Below, piece by piece: positions 12,566 to 24,969 of a DNA stretch of 64,000 nt. A program made the translations under genes and the position numbers. Below the pieces are notes generated by a model that was given only the letters and a program-made list of their open reading frames with translations, made no database searches and had not been told where the DNA came from. Position 1 is the stretch's first letter, and each line of letters opens with the position of its first letter. This stretch comes from Anthoceros angustus (taxonomy: Eukaryota; Plantae; Anthocerotophyta), in assembly GCA_010909165.1 (NCBI GenBank), contig VJWM01000218.1, forward strand, positions 124,001-188,000, given 5' to 3'.

Positions 12566-14900
12566 CTTCCTGTTTTCAATCGAGATATGAAGTCGGCATT
12601 GATATGCTTCCTACCCTCTCTCGTTTCCACTGTGAAGGTAAACTCACAGCGGCAAGATCCGGCGTGCTATCGTCCGAAAGGTCGAGTTTATTCACAAGGT
12701 GTTTCAAGGCAAAGTGGTCAACATGGAACACAAATTCATACGAGGAGGTAGTGTCTCGAATTTCGACCGAGTAAACCATTCCCGATTGCTTGGCGCTCCG
12801 TGGTGGTATACTTTCGCTCGCGTCCGTTAGTTGTCTCGGCATAGTAGATCGGAAAATCCTTCTTCTTCTCATCCGGCTAAGGGCCCAATTGCAAATCTTT
12901 GAAACATCAGCAGCGTGGAACTTCTTACTCCGATCCGGTCCTTTAGCGTGGGGCTGTAGCGGTGTGGTGCGTAAGTCACGAAATGCTTCCTCCGTTCGTC
13001 GTCCATTCCCACTCCTCCTTCCGAGGCTTCACTCGTTGGTTTGCAACTCCTGACAGTGTCTCATCGGGAAAGTCGTCTTCTGGTCCTTTCCACCTTCCTG
13101 TTTTCAATCGAGATATGAAGTCGGCATTGATATGCTTCCTACCCTCTCGTTTCCTTTGTGAAGGTAAACTCACAGCGGCAAGATCCAGCGTGCTATCGTC
13201 CGAAAGGTCGAGTTTATTCACAAGGTGTTTCAAGGCAAAGTGGTCAACATGGAACACAAATTCATACGAGGAGGTAGTGTCTCGAATTTCGACCGAGTAA
13301 ACCATTCCCGATTGCTTGGCGCTCCGTGGTGGTATACTTTCGCTCGCGTCCGTTAGTTGTCTCGGCATAGTAGATCGGAAAATCCTTCTTCTTCTCATCC
13401 GGCTGGCTCAATTGCAAATCTTTGAAACATCAGCAGCGTGGAACTTCTTACTCCGATCCGGTCCTTTAGCGTGGGGCTGTAGCGGTGTGGTGCGTAAGTC
13501 ACGAAATGCTTCCTCCGTTCGTCGTCCATTCCCACTCCTCCTTCCGAGGCTTCACTCGTTGGTTTGCAACTCCGACGATGTCTCATCGGGAAAGTCGTCT
13601 TCTGGTCCTTTCCACCTTCCTGTTTTCAATCGAGATATGAAGTCGGCATTGATATGCTTCCTACCCTCTCGTTTCCTTTGTGAAGGTAAACTCACAGCGG
13701 CAAGATCCAGTGCTATCGTCCGAAAGGTCGGGTTTATTCACAAGGTGTTTCAAGGCAAAGTGGTCAACATGGAACACAAATTCATACGAGGAGGTAGTGT
13801 CGAATTTCGAGTAAACCATTCCCGATTGCTTGCGCTCCGTGGTGGTATACTTTCGCGTCCGTTAGTTGTCTCGGCATAGTAGATCGGAAAATCCTTCTTC
13901 TTCTCATCCGGCTAAGGGGCCAATTGCAAATCTTTGAAACATCAGCAGCGTGGAACTTCTTACTCGATCCGGTCCTTTAGCGTGGGGCTGTAGCGGTGTG
14001 GTGCGTAAGTCACGAAATGCTTCCTCCGTTCGTCGTCCATTCCCACTCGATCCTTCCTTAACAAGCTCGTTAGTGGGGCAGCCGCTTGGCGAAATTTGGA
14101 GCAAGCGTCTATAATACCGACCATCCCGGGAACCCGCGGAGTTCCTTTAGCGTTGTTGGTGCTCTAAGGGTGGCGATGACCTTTACCTTGTCCGGATCTA
14201 CTTCTATACCTCGGCTTGAAAATTGATGCTAGCGAATTCCTCGACATGCAGTAGCACTTTTACGGATGCGAGCATAATTGCGTTGCTCGGCGGCGCTCGA
14301 GGCACTTCCGGAGGTGCGGCGGATGGTCCTTGGCGGCCGAATCTGGTCGTCGGAAAACTTCCATAAAGTCGCGAGGAAGTCCTTGAAAATTTTGTGATGG
14401 CTCGCATGAAGGACCCAGTGCTCCGTCAACCCAAATGCGCTGCGCTTGTAAGCATATGTCCCCGATCGGTTGTAAAAGCGGTCGAGGCCAATCGCTCTCC
14501 CTAAGGTGCGGTGATTATACCCAGTACCGTCTAGGAATGAATCGCCATTACACTGCGACGGATCCGAGGATATTATCGATGAAGGGTAGCGGAAAGTGAT
14601 CCTTCTTGGTGACCTTATTCAACCTTCTCCGATCGACAAACTCGGATTTTGCTGGCCTCTTAGGTACTACCACTATTGGAGCCACCCATTCGGTATTGAC
14701 TATAGGATAGATCACGTCCGCCTTGAGGTACATCTCCAAGCGATCCTTTACCTTGAGGAGTACTTGGATTTAACTTGTCTTGTGGAATCCTTAATTGCTC
14801 ACGGTTCCGAGTCAATCCTATGCTCGCCCATTCTTTGGGGATCCCTTCATGTCTGTTACCTCGAGGCGAAAACATCGATAAATTACAGCGGTTGCTTCAT
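12566..14900 (-). pseudogene. Gypsy reverse transcriptase and RNase H, frameshifted; RNase H end triplicated (~530-bp unit, 12480-14050)
   Basis: VIYPIVNTEWVAPIVVVPK, RRLNKVTKKDHFPLPFIDNIL, FVFHVDHFALKHLVNKLDLS, RKHINADFISRL, FPDETL. Confidence 0.92.
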
Positions 14901-15283
14901 TCCTTCCTCCAACGCCGCATCCATTGTTACGGAGAATTTGAGCACCTTCACGGAAGAACCTCAACGTCCTTGACTTCATCGGCTGTACCCACTCGCGCTC
15001 TCGGTGCGGTGCTAACCCGAATCCTTCTTACGGCTCCGGTTCCTCTTCTCTCATGCCCCATTCCTAAACAAATCCTCCGGCGTGATGCGTGGCGCCTCCT
15101 CCGGCTTTCTCCACTGCTGTTAGAATCCGCCGGACCCCTTCCGGAGCATTCGGCGGTTACCCGTGACCCTCGGGGTTAATTGTATATGGGATATCTCTGC
15201 GGTAGTCCGCTCCTCATCGGACCATGAGATGTGTGCGACGGAACCTATCTTCCTCTTCATCTCCCGGACGTGTCCTCTGCCGA

Positions 15284-18200
15284 GTGTACCCTACATTTGA
15301 TTGGAGTTTCACCGCATACATGTCCTTACTCCACGATAGGCACATCCTTCCCTCCTTGGTCTTGGGATCCCATTCCAGCGGTTTAAAACCGACTTCCTTC
15401 CCCCACTTGGCGTGCATTGCGATCGTACATCCATGTTCGGCCAATTAGGACGTCGTGCCACAGCGATTTTCTTTGGATGACTACATAATCCATCAAGTAG
15501 GGATGGTTCCAATGGTCGTTAGCACCTGTCGGTTCCCCACCGGCACCATTACGGACATGTCGGCTAGCCTCAAAACCTTGGTAGTATGTTCAATATCCAA
15601 GCCCAATTTCCTAGCCGTGTCTTGTCATAATATTTACACCGTGTCGAGAGGCACTCCTTTGATGACACATCCGAAATTTCCACAGGTTGGTGGGCCTTGA
15701 TCCACCATGGATACCAAGTTCACATGCGGGGGCTGGTATAGGAACATTGCGCCTCTTTTGGGTTGCGCCTCTTTTAACGCCCTCGATCATTGCCTATACG
15801 CGGATTGTCTCGGAGGAGTTGTCCGAATGTGATCATGAAATGTTGGTCCATGATGGCCTCGGCGAGATTGAAAGAAGCGGTGGCCCTTACCATCCGATTT
15901 GGTTGGTTGTGGGTTCCCGGTTCGTCATGACTTGTGCAGTGGCCCTTCCGGTGGGGTGGTGGACTCCCACAGGGTGGTGGAAATCGACACCCCGCCTTTT
16001 CCCGTAGCCTCCTTGCCAATTCTTCTTGTATCATATCCATGACTTCGCCCGTCGTCCGTGGAAACCCTAACTCGGTTCGGTAACTTTCTCGAAATCGGTG
16101 GGTTCCACCCCTTGACTCCTTGTTGTCCGTGCGACCCTTCATTCACCTTTCCGCTGGAACACTCAGTCTCATTGCATCACTCTTTTGCACATATGGTCCA
16201 TCCGCCAAGTCACTGCGGGACTTGTTTTTTTCTTTGGCCAACGCGTTCCATTGGAACACTCAGTCTCATTGCATCACTCTTTTGCACATATGGTCCATCC
16301 GCCAAGTCACTGCAGGACTTGTTTTTTTTCTTTGGCCAACGCGTTCCGGTGTTGGTATTTCCAGTGGTGGCGACTCTCTCCCTCATCCGATCCCGTGGTC
16401 GTATCCGCCTCCTTTCTTCTTTTCTTTCCCCCACGTCGCCTCTCTTTTGCTTTTGTGCTCCTTGTTCTAACGACCATGGCGGAGGCTTCCCCATAATAAT
16501 CGCTTCCTACGGCGTCTAATCCCTCCAAGCTCCTCAGGGTTCCAATCTCGGCATCCTCCCATACCGCCATAAGTGCATCCTCAACATGCATGGCGGACAC
16601 CGGACTTGGGTTTGGTGCTGACTGAACTCCCGTTACGGGTGGCTGCGCGATCCTCACCGTCTTTTTGGGGCTTTGGCAGAGCACACTTCCTGCCAAATGC
16701 CCCTGCTGCTTGCAATCTTGACATAGTTTATCAAAATCTCCATTGCCTTGACGAGTTGGATAAGGGCATTTATGCATAGTGTCAAGGTTGCGACAATTAT
16801 AGCACAAGACGGTGCCCATTGGATTGTTACCCGGTGATTCTGACGCCTACCCGTGGAATTACGTAGGTTGGCGGGTACATGGTCTTTGGGTACACTTGGG
16901 TTGGTGAACCTCCGGATCGTATGTATCTTCCAGGACCCTCTTCCTCCTCTTCCTCATATCCCGGGTGTACCCTACATTTGATTGGAGTTTCACCGCATAC
17001 ATGTCCTTACTCCACGATAGGCACATCCTTCCTCCTTGGTCTTGGGATCCCATTCCAGCGGTTTTAAAACCGACTTCCTTTCCGCCCAGCGTGCATTGCG
17101 ATCGTACATCCATGTTCGGCCAATTAGGACGTCGTACCACAGCGATTTTCTTTGGATGACTACATAATCCATCAAGTAGGGATGGTTCCAATGGTCGTTA
17201 GCACCTGTCGGTTCCCCACCGGCACCATTACGGACATGTCGGCTAGCCTCAAAACCTTGGTAGTATGTTCAATATCCAAGCCCAATTTCCTAGCCGTGTC
17301 TTACGTCATAATATTTACACCGTGTCGAGAGGCACTCCTTTAATGACACATCCGAAATTTCCACAGGTTGGTGGGCCTTGATCCACCATGGATACCAAGT
17401 TCACGGCGTGGTATAGGAACATTGCGCCTCTTTGGGTTGCGCCTCTTTTAACGCCCTCGATCATTGCCTATACGCGGATTGTCTCGGAGGAGTTGTCCGA
17501 ATGTGATCATGAAATGTTGGTCCATGATGGCCTCGGCGAGATTGAAGCGGTGGCCCTTCGCCATCCGATTTGGTTGGTGGGTTCCGGTTCGTCATGACTT
17601 GGGGTACGGTGGCCCTTCCGGTGGGGTGGTGGACTCCCACAGGGTGGTGGAAATCGACACCCCGCCTTTTCCCGTAGCCTCCCTTCTTCTTGTATCATAT
17701 CCATGACTTCGCCCGTCGTCCGGTGGAAACCCTAACTCGGTTCGGTAACTTTCTCGAAATCGGTAGGGTTCCACCCCGGCCAACTCGGCCCTTCATTCAC
17801 CTTTCCATTGGAACACTCAATGTCTCGGTGCATCACTCTTTTGCACATATGGTCCATCCGCCAAGTCACTGCAGGACTTGTTTTTTCGTCTTTTGGCCAA
17901 CGCGTTCCGGTGTTGGTATTTCCAGTGGTGGCGACACTCTCTCCCTCATCCGATCCGTGGTCGTATCCGCCTCCTTTCTTCTTTTTTCCCCACGTCGCCT
18001 CTCTTTTGCTTTTGTGCTCCTTGTTCTATGACCATGGCGGAGGCTTCCCCATAATAATCGCTTCCTCTGTCTAATCCCTCCAAGCTCCTCGGGGTTCCAA
18101 TCTCGGCATCCTCCCATACCGCCATAAGTGCATCCTCAACATGCATGGCGGACCGGACTTGGGTTTGGTCGGTGAACTCCGTTACGGTGGCGATCCTCAC

Positions 18201-18800
18201 CGTCTTTGGGGCTTTGGCAGAGCACACTTCCTACCAAATGCCCTGCTTGCAATCTTGACATAGTTTATCAAAATCTCCATTGCCTTGACGAGTTGGATAA
18301 GGGCAGCTGTGCGCATAGTGTCCAAGGTTGCGACAGTTGTAGCACAAGACGGTGCCCATTGGATTGTTACCCCGCCCCAGCTGGTTACGAACGCCTACCC
18401 CCGTGGAGTTACGTAGGTTGGCCGGGTACATGGTCTTTGGGTACACTTGGGTTGACTGAACCTCCTGGATCTGGTATGTATCTTCCACCGGACCCTCTTC
18501 CTCCTCTTCCTCATATCCCAGCAGGTGTACCCTTGTCGTCGGACAATTAGCTTTGGAGTGTCCTGCTGCCCACCGTTGAGCAGAAGAGGTTGGCTCGTGG
18601 GTTCGTGTGACTCTCCGCCTCTCATGTTCCTTGACCGCATTAAGATGGAATTTCTCGAATTTTGCCATCATCTCCTCCATCTTGTTCCCTGTTGTTCTAC
18701 TTTCTTGGCTACCTCGGCCTCCCTCCTCGCTTGTTCGCGTCCTTTTTGCGTACATCGCCTCTGTTTTGCCCTTGACTCCTTGTTGTCCGTGCACGACCCT
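15284..18800 (-). pseudogene. Gag C-terminus (two CCHC-type zinc knuckles) and aspartic protease, present twice (1.56-1.68-kb tandem duplication)
   Basis: CYNCRNLGHYAHSCP and CQDCKQQGHLAGSVLC; protease-type MDYVVIQRKSLWYDVLIGRTWMY. Duplication junction at GTGTACCCT (15284, 16965, 18525). Confidence 0.85.
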
Positions 18801-21236
18801 TCATTTTCTTTTTCCATTTGGCGCTCCTCATCGATGGCCTTCCTCCTCTTCCTCCTCTTCCTCCTCAGGAACTTTCATGGAATCTTCGTGGAGCTTTCTT
18901 CACGATGAACTTCCTTAGGAGGATGAGGAATCCTTCTTTTTTCCGATCGGCTTCTTCTTCTCCTTCTTAGCCTTCCTCCTCCCTTGCGGGTTGGATTCCT
19001 CATAGTTTAGCGCCGCCTTGATAGCCTTGCCCAAATTCTTCTCCGCTTGTAACCTTCGTGTCTCCCCATCTTAGAACCCAGGCCTTTAGCGAACCACCGT
19101 GTGCAACTCGAGTGAGGGCCACTTGATCGCGTGGTGAAACCTCTCCACATACGCTGCAAGGTTTCCTTCTTTCCTCTCTGCGGTTTTCAAGCTTGGACAA
19201 CACGTATCCCTCCACGTCAAGCCCCAGACCTTTCACAGGCGGTTTTAATTCTTCATAGGTTCTTTGGAGGTGTGGTGACTTGAGGTATTCGCGCCTATAC
19301 CACTTATTTGGACCCCGAAGAACTCCATAGAACAATGAATCTGGTGCATCTCCGCTTCTGGTTTGCAAATGTCAGCTCAAAACGCTCAACAAATTCATCG
19401 GGTCTTCATACCCTTCCCTCTCCATACTGGGTAAGGTTGCTTGGTGGTGACCACCACCGGCGTGGTGGTGGTCATGACTATCGTTGCTGATTCGGCGACT
19501 GTGGTTGGTCCAACAACGGTTCTGCGGAGTCGATTGATCTCCAGATCGCACACTTTTGGAAGAGAGGTCGGTGGATGGAATTGGTCCGAGGTTCCTTGGC
19601 GGTGGTACCTCGTCCAAGTCCGAGGTTGGGGATCTTGCTCCAACAAGATCGGACCCCGTCCCAGTTGCTTCCTTACCTCCTTCTCCTTCCAGCGGGTCGT
19701 CTTCCGTGGACCCTCCTCAACTCGCGGTTTGCAACCCTTTTAACCTTTCCGGTGCTTGGCGTTGTCGCTTCTCTTGTGGCCTTCCGTCCCGACTTGACTC
19801 GAACCCTCGACTCAACCGTGGCATCCATCTACCTAACTAGATACACTCCAAAACTAGACACCTAAGCTATGGTTAGTCCCCTATAACCTTGACAGTTTCA
19901 TTCCCGGCAGCGCCAAAATGTGGAATGGGTTTTGCATCCAAGAAGGCAGAGGCCACATTTACCCTCTATGTCGTTATAGTCCTAGGATTCGATCCCAAGG
20001 GAATGGTGTTGTGTCAAGGTGTGCTAAATCTATGGATTCTAGACCTACCCCGTCGCTCACTACCCCACCTTCTCCAGCTACCCTGCCCAAACCCACCACC
20101 GTGGTAGACTCGGCCACCGCAGTGGCGGTTGGATTCCTCATAGTTTAGCGCCGCCTTCGCGAGTCTATTAAATCACGGCTTCTCTAACACGGACCTAGGG
20201 GCTATGGGACACCTATATCGCCTCACTTACTTGGAATTTCTGCGATTCCACCACGCTTCCTCCTGTCACTCGTTTCCTCCTCCGAGGAACTTTCATGGAA
20301 TCTTCGTGGAGCTTTCTTCACGATGAACTTCCTTAGGAGGATGAGGAATCCTTCTTTTTCCGATCGGCTTCTTCTTCTCCTTCTTAGCCTTCCTCCTCCC
20401 TTGCGGGTTGGATTCCTCATAGTTTAGCGCCGCCTTGATAGCCTTGCCCAAATTCTTCTCCGCTTGTAACCTTCGTGTCTCCCCATCTTAGAACCCGGGC
20501 CTTTAGCGAACCACCGTGTGCACGCAACTCAGTGAGGGCCACTTGATCGCGTGGCGTGAAACCTCTCCACATACGCTGCAAGGTTTCCTTCTTTCCTCTC
20601 TGTTTTCAAGCTTGGACAACACGTATCCCTCCACGTCAAGCCCCAGACCTTTCACAGGCGGTTTTAATTCTTCATAGGTTCTTTGGAGGTGTGGTGACTT
20701 GAGGTATTCGCGCCTATACCACTTTTGGACCCCGAAGAACTCCATAGAACAATGAATCTGGTGCATCTCCGCTTCTGGTTTGCAAATGTCAGCTCAAAGC
20801 GCTCAACAAATTCATCGGGTCTTCATACCCTTCCCTCTCCATACGGGTAAGGTTGCTTGGTGGTGACCACCACCGTGGTGGTGGTCATGACTATCGTTCT
20901 TGATTCGGCGTGGTTGGTCCAACAACGGTTCTGCGGAGTCGATTGATCTCCAACGATGCACACTTTTGGAAGAGGTCGTGGATGGAATTGGTCCGAGGTT
21001 CCTTGGCGGTGGTACCTCGTCCAAGTCGAGGTTGGGGATCTTGCTCCAACAAGATCGGACCCCGTCCCAGTTGCTTCCTTACCTCCTTCTCCTTCCCCAG
21101 GTGCGTCTTCCGGTGGACCCTCCTCAACTCGCGGTTTGCAACCCTTTTAACCTTTCCGATTGCTTGGCGTTGTCGCTTCTCGTGTGGCCTTCCGTCCCGA
21201 CTTGACTCGAACCCTCGACTCAACCGTGGCATCCAT
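18800..21236 (-). pseudogene. Gag N-terminal region, present twice (1.42-kb duplication that also copies the PBS and the LTR end at 19919-~20265)
   Basis: ATG GAT GCC ACG GTT (MDATVESRVRVKSG) at 21236 and 19828, about 90 bp after the PBS; repeated KWYRREYLKSPHLQRTYEELKPPVKG segments. Confidence 0.7.
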
Positions 21237-21309
21237 CTACCTAACTAGATACACTCCAAAACTAGACACCTAAGCTATGGTTAGTCCCCTATAACCTTGA
21301 CGGTTTTCA

Positions 21310-21324
21310 TTCCCGGCAGCGCCA
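21310..21324 (-). other. Primer-binding site, tRNA-Asp-like (TGGCGCTGCCGGGAA); copy at ~19901-19915
   Basis: Lies 3 nt inside the ...CA end of the 5' LTR; resembles the Athila-type PBS TGGCGCCGTTGCCGGGGA minus 3 nt. Confidence 0.75.
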
Positions 21325-21327
21325 AAA

Positions 21328-24300
21328 TGTGGAATGGGTTTTGCATCCAAGAAGGCAGAGGCCACATTTACCCTCTATGTCGTTATAGTCCTAGGATTCG
21401 ATCCCAAGGGAATGGTGTTGTGTCAAGGTGTGCTAAATCTATGGATTCTAGACCTACGCCGCTCACTACCCCACCTTCTCCAGCTACTGCCCAAACCCAC
21501 CACCGTGGTAGACTCGGCCACCGTGGCCGGTTGGGGCGGCCCAACACGCCTTCGCGAGTCTATTAAATCACGGCTTCTCTAACACGGACCTAGGGGCTAT
21601 GGGACACCTATATCGCCTCACTTACTTGGAATTTGCGATTCCACCACGCTTCCTCCTCTGTTGATTTTCCCTCACACACTCTCACAATCCCTCCCAGTAG
21701 CGCACTCTCCCTTGAACCTTTCCCTTCCCAATGAACTCTCTCTCGTCTCACGGGCCACAGACCCCTTTCCCTTGGGCCACAGACCCTCCTTGGGCCACAC
21801 GGACCCCTCTCTCATGGAATGAACACACAGTGGCGGTTGGAAAGAGGATCGGAAGAAAACCCGGTCGGTGCTTGGGCGATTCGCCTTCGGCGATTCCGCC
21901 TCGGCCTTCGCGGCAATTCCTACCTCTTTTTTGGCGCTACCTTCCGTTACCCAGGCGTGGAGCTTGGCCACTCCGCTCTCGACCATCCGAGATCTTCCGG
22001 CCTTCTTGTGACGAAGGCGGTCGCGGGCCGTTTGATCTTGACGACGTCTCCAATCAACCCCACGGCGGTTCGATACACGGAAGTTCACACGAAATCGTCT
22101 CTTTGAGAGACACCCAAAGGGTCTCTTATACATCGGCGTGGTCCAACACTCACTTCTCTTTAGTGTCTAAAATTGTAGCTCCTACCACGGCGCCCCAACC
22201 AATCTAAGCAACATGACTCTCGGTGATGGAACTCCCTATCCCTGAAAAACCCGGTCCTAGGCTATCGCGACTCCCCTAAAATCAGCGCCGCCTCCGCGAT
22301 TCTTTGCCTCGCCCTCGGCCCATGGGGACCCCTCTCGCTCTTGGCCTCGCCTCGATCCGAGCGATTTTCCCCACAACCTCCACCTCGCTCTCCTTTGCTG
22401 AATTTCCCTCGCGCCTTCCAGCGGACGTTGCCTTTGTCCTCTATGTCCATTGTCCGCTCCTCCTCATTTGGACAACCATACCGCTCCTCCCTCCATGCTC
22501 GCTGCGCCTCGCTCATCTCTTCCGGCACCACTTGCGGAGGATAGGCGCCCGCTCCTACTCGAAGGAACCAGCAGTAGCGCTGTGGCGGTCAAGATGTCTG
22601 ACCGGTGGTTTACGCCCCTCTGTCCCAACAACCACATACACGTTTAGAGTGAGCACGCTCACCATGCGAGCGAGGACATGAGCATCCTCATCCGGGGCCG
22701 TACTGTCGCCTTCGATCTGAGGTCCTTACCCTCTCCTCCGTGGACAATCACAGGCGGCTGCTGATTCTCCGGGATCATCCCTCCATCTGCGACACTCCCC
22801 GGTGACTTCCCCACCTCGGTTCCCGTTCCACGGCGGTGGCTGGTTTAGCCACCGTGGTTCTTCACGGTGGTTGTTTGGCTCTGCGGTGGGCATTGCTCGG
22901 CCTTTCTTGGTTTGGCCACCTCTCTCTTGACTCGGCCCTAAGCCGTCTCTTTCCGCTTGTACCTCTCCGCTTCTTGAATTTCTCCAAGGCGCCATCGCTT
23001 CCACTGCTCTGGACTCATGAGACCTCATCTTGAAGCTCTTCAATTGTAGCATCGCCCCTTGACTGATTTACTAAAGCTTCTGCGAGTGGACATGTGCCTT
23101 AAGCGCTCCTGTGCCTTGCATAAGGCCGCCCGCACTCCGTCTGCGCTCCTCGGCCGCCTTGCTCTCGCCTTCGGGCTTCCAACTTCTCCTTGAGCAACTT
23201 CTCCTGTTGGCCTTGCACTCGGCCGGTGAGAGCCATGGCTTGATCGAGGAGATCACTGCGTCATGCCATGGCAGTCAAACCACCAAATCCCCAAATTGGG
23301 CTGTCCCTTGCCCATCCGCCTCCACAACAATTCGTATCGGCGGTGTCTCCTATCCCCACCTCGGCCAGTTCGGTGAAATGTCGCCAAAATGTCCGGAGCT
23401 CCGTTGCGGTCTCGGCGTGAAGTTAACCCTCCTCTCCTAGGGGTTGGTGCCTTGCCTCTTCCGCTTCATTCTCCCTAGCGGCGATTCATCCCCCAGGAGG
23501 AGCAACTTGCCATTTCCCTTTATTTTCTCCTCCTTTACCGCGTTCTGCTGTCTTGACTGGTGACCACAGGTGTGGCTGTGGGTTCCTCCTCTGCTGTCCT
23601 CCCTTTTCGATCCCGTTCGACCGTTGCCTTCGCTTCTTACCCTTGGAAACTTCCCCACCCTCTTAGAACCTTCCGAGCGCACTCCCAAGCTTGGAATCCT
23701 TGCCCGAATCCTCCTTCAATTCCTCCTCTTCTACCTTGAGTTCCTGGCTTCCAACCATGCAGGCGGACCGACTTCAACTCGTTAAACACGGAATGTAAAT
23801 ACATGAATCGGAAAAGGCGAAATCAAGGAGGGCCGAGGGAAGAGAGAGTAATTCGCCTTCTCCTCACAGGCTCTTTGAAAATCATCCTCCCCAATCAATT
23901 TGTGTACCCTTGACCACCTCGTGAAGAAAAACCAAGAAGTGATCCGCCATATGATCCACTTAGGTTACAGGAAACACAAAATCCATTTGGCCAATCCCAG
24001 CGTGAACACGAGTTGGCGAGTCACCCGACCATTGTTCACTCTCACTTCCCAGGCTTCATGGCGCGGCTGCGGCTTTCAAGGTCTTCTTTGGGGTCAATCA
24101 CCAAGCTCCCATCCTTGATGCTTCGCCCATACCGAAGAGGGCCAAATCCGATTCTGCGGCCTTTTCCTCGCGTCACCCTCTTGCGACTTGGTCCTTAATT
24201 GCGGCGCACTCTTGCACCAATGCTGTCGTAGCACCATTTCTTCTCCATGAACTTGACTCCACGCACGGTGCCGGCTCTCACTTTCCGATGGTCCATGTTG

Positions 24301-24969
24301 GGCCGCTGCGTGAGTGAGATTTCGGCTCGGGCGCCATCTCCTTCTCGTTGTTTCCCAAAACAAAACCTCGACTACCTGCGGATCAGTCGAGAAGAAAAAA
24401 ATCGAGCCCTCGCGCTCCTTCCACGCCTCCTCGCGAACTTGCGGCGATTTCTCTCCTCCGCCGCTCTGTCACGATCGCGCCTTTTCCTGCCTGAGGCGGA
24501 TTTGGCTGGCGTCGTTATGCAGCGCCCCTCTTCTGCGGCTCGCTCCGCCCCTCACGGAAAGTCGCGACCTCGATCTTGGGTGTGCCTTCTCCCGATTGCG
24601 CTCCGGTGGTAGTCCCGCTCCGCCACTAGGGTTGTAAATTCCCCAGTGCATCGTCCGTTTCTCGGCCACCGTGGTGGAACTAGCCACCACCCCACTTGAC
24701 TACTCAACTGTGGCATATTGTGAGCATCCTAGCATATATAGACACCTTTTATTCTAAAATTCCCAATACCCAAGGACTCTATTTCTACCCCCTCAGGGTC
24801 AAACCTAATTCGAAAAATTATTATTATCTCCAAGGGCCAAGGACCATTCCGTATAAAAGACGACTCAGATGATTCTCAAAGCACTTTGCTATTCTAACAC
24901 ATCCAAAACAAAAAAAATCGTTCATCCTGACACTTGGGAGCGGGGTTAGTGCACATGTGGTCTTCCACA
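21328..24969 (-). repeat. 5' LTR (3642 bp)
   Basis: TGTGGAA at 21328 and TTCCACA at 24969, followed by TSD ACATC; colinear with the 3' LTR. Confidence 0.92.

Larger units (their letters stand above)
6341..24969 (-). mobile_element. Full-length Ty3/gypsy LTR retrotransposon, Athila-like non-chromovirus (about 13.4 kb after collapsing internal duplications)
   Basis: Two long direct repeats bounded by TGTGGAA...TTCCACA; 5-bp TSD ACATC on both sides; PBS and PPT in the expected places. Domain order gag-PR-RT-RH-IN on the minus strand, with no chromodomain and no additional RNase H seen. Confidence 0.95.

Noticed and set aside
6341-24969. Dating the insertion from LTR-LTR divergence, and calling the element dead from its frameshifts
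   Set aside because: Differences are dominated by indels and chimeric patches that look like sequencing or consensus noise.
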